A stretch of 63,035 bases of DNA, filler included, from Lenisia limosa (taxonomy: Eukaryota > Protista > Breviatea), in the NCBI GenBank assembly GCA_001655205.1. It is 7 parts of 7 records of this genome, joined end to end, with 100 filler letters (N's around TTAATTAATTAA, not from the genome) between each part and the next. Parts side by side here need not be neighbours in the genome. Positions count along the whole stretch, not along the records: positions 55,067 to 63,035 come from LPNZ01008997.1; 6 more parts are not named here. One strand, written 5' to 3'. Made by a program: the position numbers and the translations under genes. Every line of letters starts with the position of its first letter. The stretch's first letter is position 1. The notes under the pieces are model-generated. The model did not search any database. It was not told where the DNA came from and was given only the letters and a program-made list of their open reading frames with translations. Shown here one piece after another: positions 61,073-63,035 of this stretch.

Positions 61073-63035
61073 GGTCAGTGCATAAAAAGGGGCCCAGTGC
61101 ATAAAAAGGGGCCCAATTTTTGAAAATTGTATTTTCTAAAATACGTATCATCTAGTTCCTCTTATTATCTATTTGTTAAGCTTAGAGGCGATAAATGATA
61201 AGTGAAAAATGTATTTAAAAAACATAACAAGGGAAACAATGCAATCAAAAAGCTATTTTCGAGAGCGACGGCCTAAAATAGTTTAATCTAGTATACATAA
61301 AAGAGATAAATTTTTCATCAATATGAGACAAACCTTTTTTGTTGGATTGTTTAGCTGGGGTTTCCGTTTTGCGAGCTAAGTAGAGTAAGTAAAACCCGAA
61401 TAAGTAGCTCTTACCAAGAATCTTGGCATTCTCTTTTTCTGTCTTTTTTACAGCTCTCTGAGCTAAATAATCAATTGATGTAATGAAAATCCTGACACTC
61501 ATCCTCAAAATTTGATTTTTTTTTATCCCTTTTAAGTGAAATCCTACCAATAGTATTGACGCGCTGCTCCTCCTTTTTCTTTTGTATTATATCATCCGCT
61601 TCCTTCGGTCTTCAGGCGTAATTATTGTGATTTTCTCGCGAACAGTCACTGCTTCATACGCAATAGGAACTGTCTGCTTGACATTCTGACGGTTCGCACA
61701 GGGTAGGACATCGGGATGGGAATCATAAAAAGCAACCTCAGCTTCTGTCAACTCATCTCTCACCAAAGTTATTGCTTCCCATCCTTGCCGGGAAATAGCA
61801 GGATCTTGAGATTTGGCAACTTTCAGGTGCTGAATGATGATGGGAGTGTTTATCACACAGGAGTAAAGTGCAGAACGGGGTAGAGGGCAAAGAGGTAAGG
61901 AAAATGCGCCTTCGGGATTGGGTAAGTGGGCAGCAAGGCGAGAGGGGTCGATCGTCACTTCATTTTTGCCGCGACTTATTAGAATTCCAGCAGCAGAGAA
62001 CGCGTTGTCTACATGATCAGGATGAGTTGTAATATAAAACGCTCTTAAGCGCGCAGCAGCGATTGTGGGTAGTTTTGTGACTCCTTCAGGGATTGGTGAT
62101 GATAGTAATTGAGTAAGTTCGCTTCTCATTGACCTCTTTGTGGTTCCAAATGTTCGTAAATCCAGTGGCTGTGTCACTTGTGAGGTGTGGGAGGGGAAGA
62201 GGTAAAGGTAAATATGATGATGCAGAAGGTACTCCAGTGCCAAGGCCAAAAGGCGAGATACATGTCCGTCAGTTATGAGTGCGGCAGCGGTATCCGGTGG
62301 CAGGTTGAGTTGACGGCGCTTGGCCTCAACTGCAGGGACGAAGTAGTCATGTATCCAGGTACAGAATGATTCACCCGTCTGAATTATGAAAAACCGACCA
62401 AGTAGATATTCTCTATTTATCACCACAAACCTGCCAGCCATTTGGAGATTCGATAACCTTCGCTGAGTTAGTCTCAAGAATTGTTCGCTCTGTCGAAACG
62501 GTCTTCTGGCCAAGCAACAAGACAGGAGGGACCCTCGCATCATAGTAGTGTGAGAGCTAGAAGAGTAAAAAAATTGTGATAACTTTACCCCAAGTAACGC
62601 TTACCCAATTGTGCCAATCAAAGTGATGTGGTTGGGAGGTGTAGGTGCTCTTGCGTAAGTCTTCGTTGCTTCGGCAAGAGTGACCACCTTGGTAGCGGTT
62701 TCACTGGTGACGTCAACCATGCTCTCATCCATGTTCCAAATAAGTGAAGCGTTGATGCTAAGCTCGTCGAATGATTTGCTGAGGGAGTTCACGTGCTGCA
62801 TGAGGCGCTCAGGTGTGAGTGCCTGTTCTCTTGCTTTATCAAGGCGGTTGGGGGTCTATGACGAGTGAGACAGAGCATACTTTAATATTGTAATTTACAC
62901 AACATTTGCCCATCATACTATGACTTTGAAAACATCAGCATATTGTTCCATGAACTATTTAAACCACTGCTTTGGCGGAGGTGCGGAGGGTGGGTTAGCA
63001 GAGTTTTTCTTGCAAATATCAAACACCTATATATT
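61073..63035 (-). mobile_element. pogo/Fot1-like DNA transposon (DDE_1, DD35D), partial; transposase has introns and is probably a pseudogene
   Basis: IWNMDES, VPPVLLLGQK, SPNGWQ|TGESFCTWIHDYFVP, LITDGHVSR..FPSHTSQVTQPLD (35 residues between D2 and D3). In-frame TAG at 62955-62957 (QWFK*FME). Candidate terminus TA|GGTCAGTGCATAAAAAGGGGCCCA with internal direct repeat at 61073-61116. Confidence 0.85.

Noticed and set aside
62955-62957. TAG reassignment or readthrough (alternative genetic code)
   Set aside because: It is the only in-frame stop and lies in a transposon; conserved host exons contain none.

Overview
This is intron-rich eukaryotic nuclear DNA from a flagellated organism (outer-arm dynein present; no taxon can be assigned), read with the standard genetic code. 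It is a fragmented draft: six N-TTAATTAATTAA-N linkers (25159, 32654, 36276, 39138, 42383, 55011) join seven unrelated scaffolds. Most ORF-track entries are exon fragments or gap artefacts. Splicing exons by hand (GT-AG, phase checked where possible) gives PSME4/PA200, an outer-arm dynein heavy chain fragment, a TTC5-like TPR gene, an acid-sphingomyelinase-like phosphodiesterase, a large IPT/TIG + Cys-repeat + multi-TM surface protein, an ankyrin gene with one repeat per exon, a decayed intron-containing pogo (DD35D) transposase and several unassigned genes. Introns are packed with small repeats: two hAT-type MITE families (8-bp TSD), a Tc1/mariner-type MITE family (TA TSD), an unclassified ~60-bp repeat, and a sense-biased repeat that often ends at the 3' splice site (Introner-like). 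The best leads are (1) a recently amplified array of 99-nt phase-0 ankyrin exons varying almost only at binding-surface codons, (2) the Introner-like family, (3) repeated tandem duplications spanning 5' splice sites and (4) a 28S rRNA fragment inside a PSME4 intron. All homology calls are from recalled motifs, not database searches.
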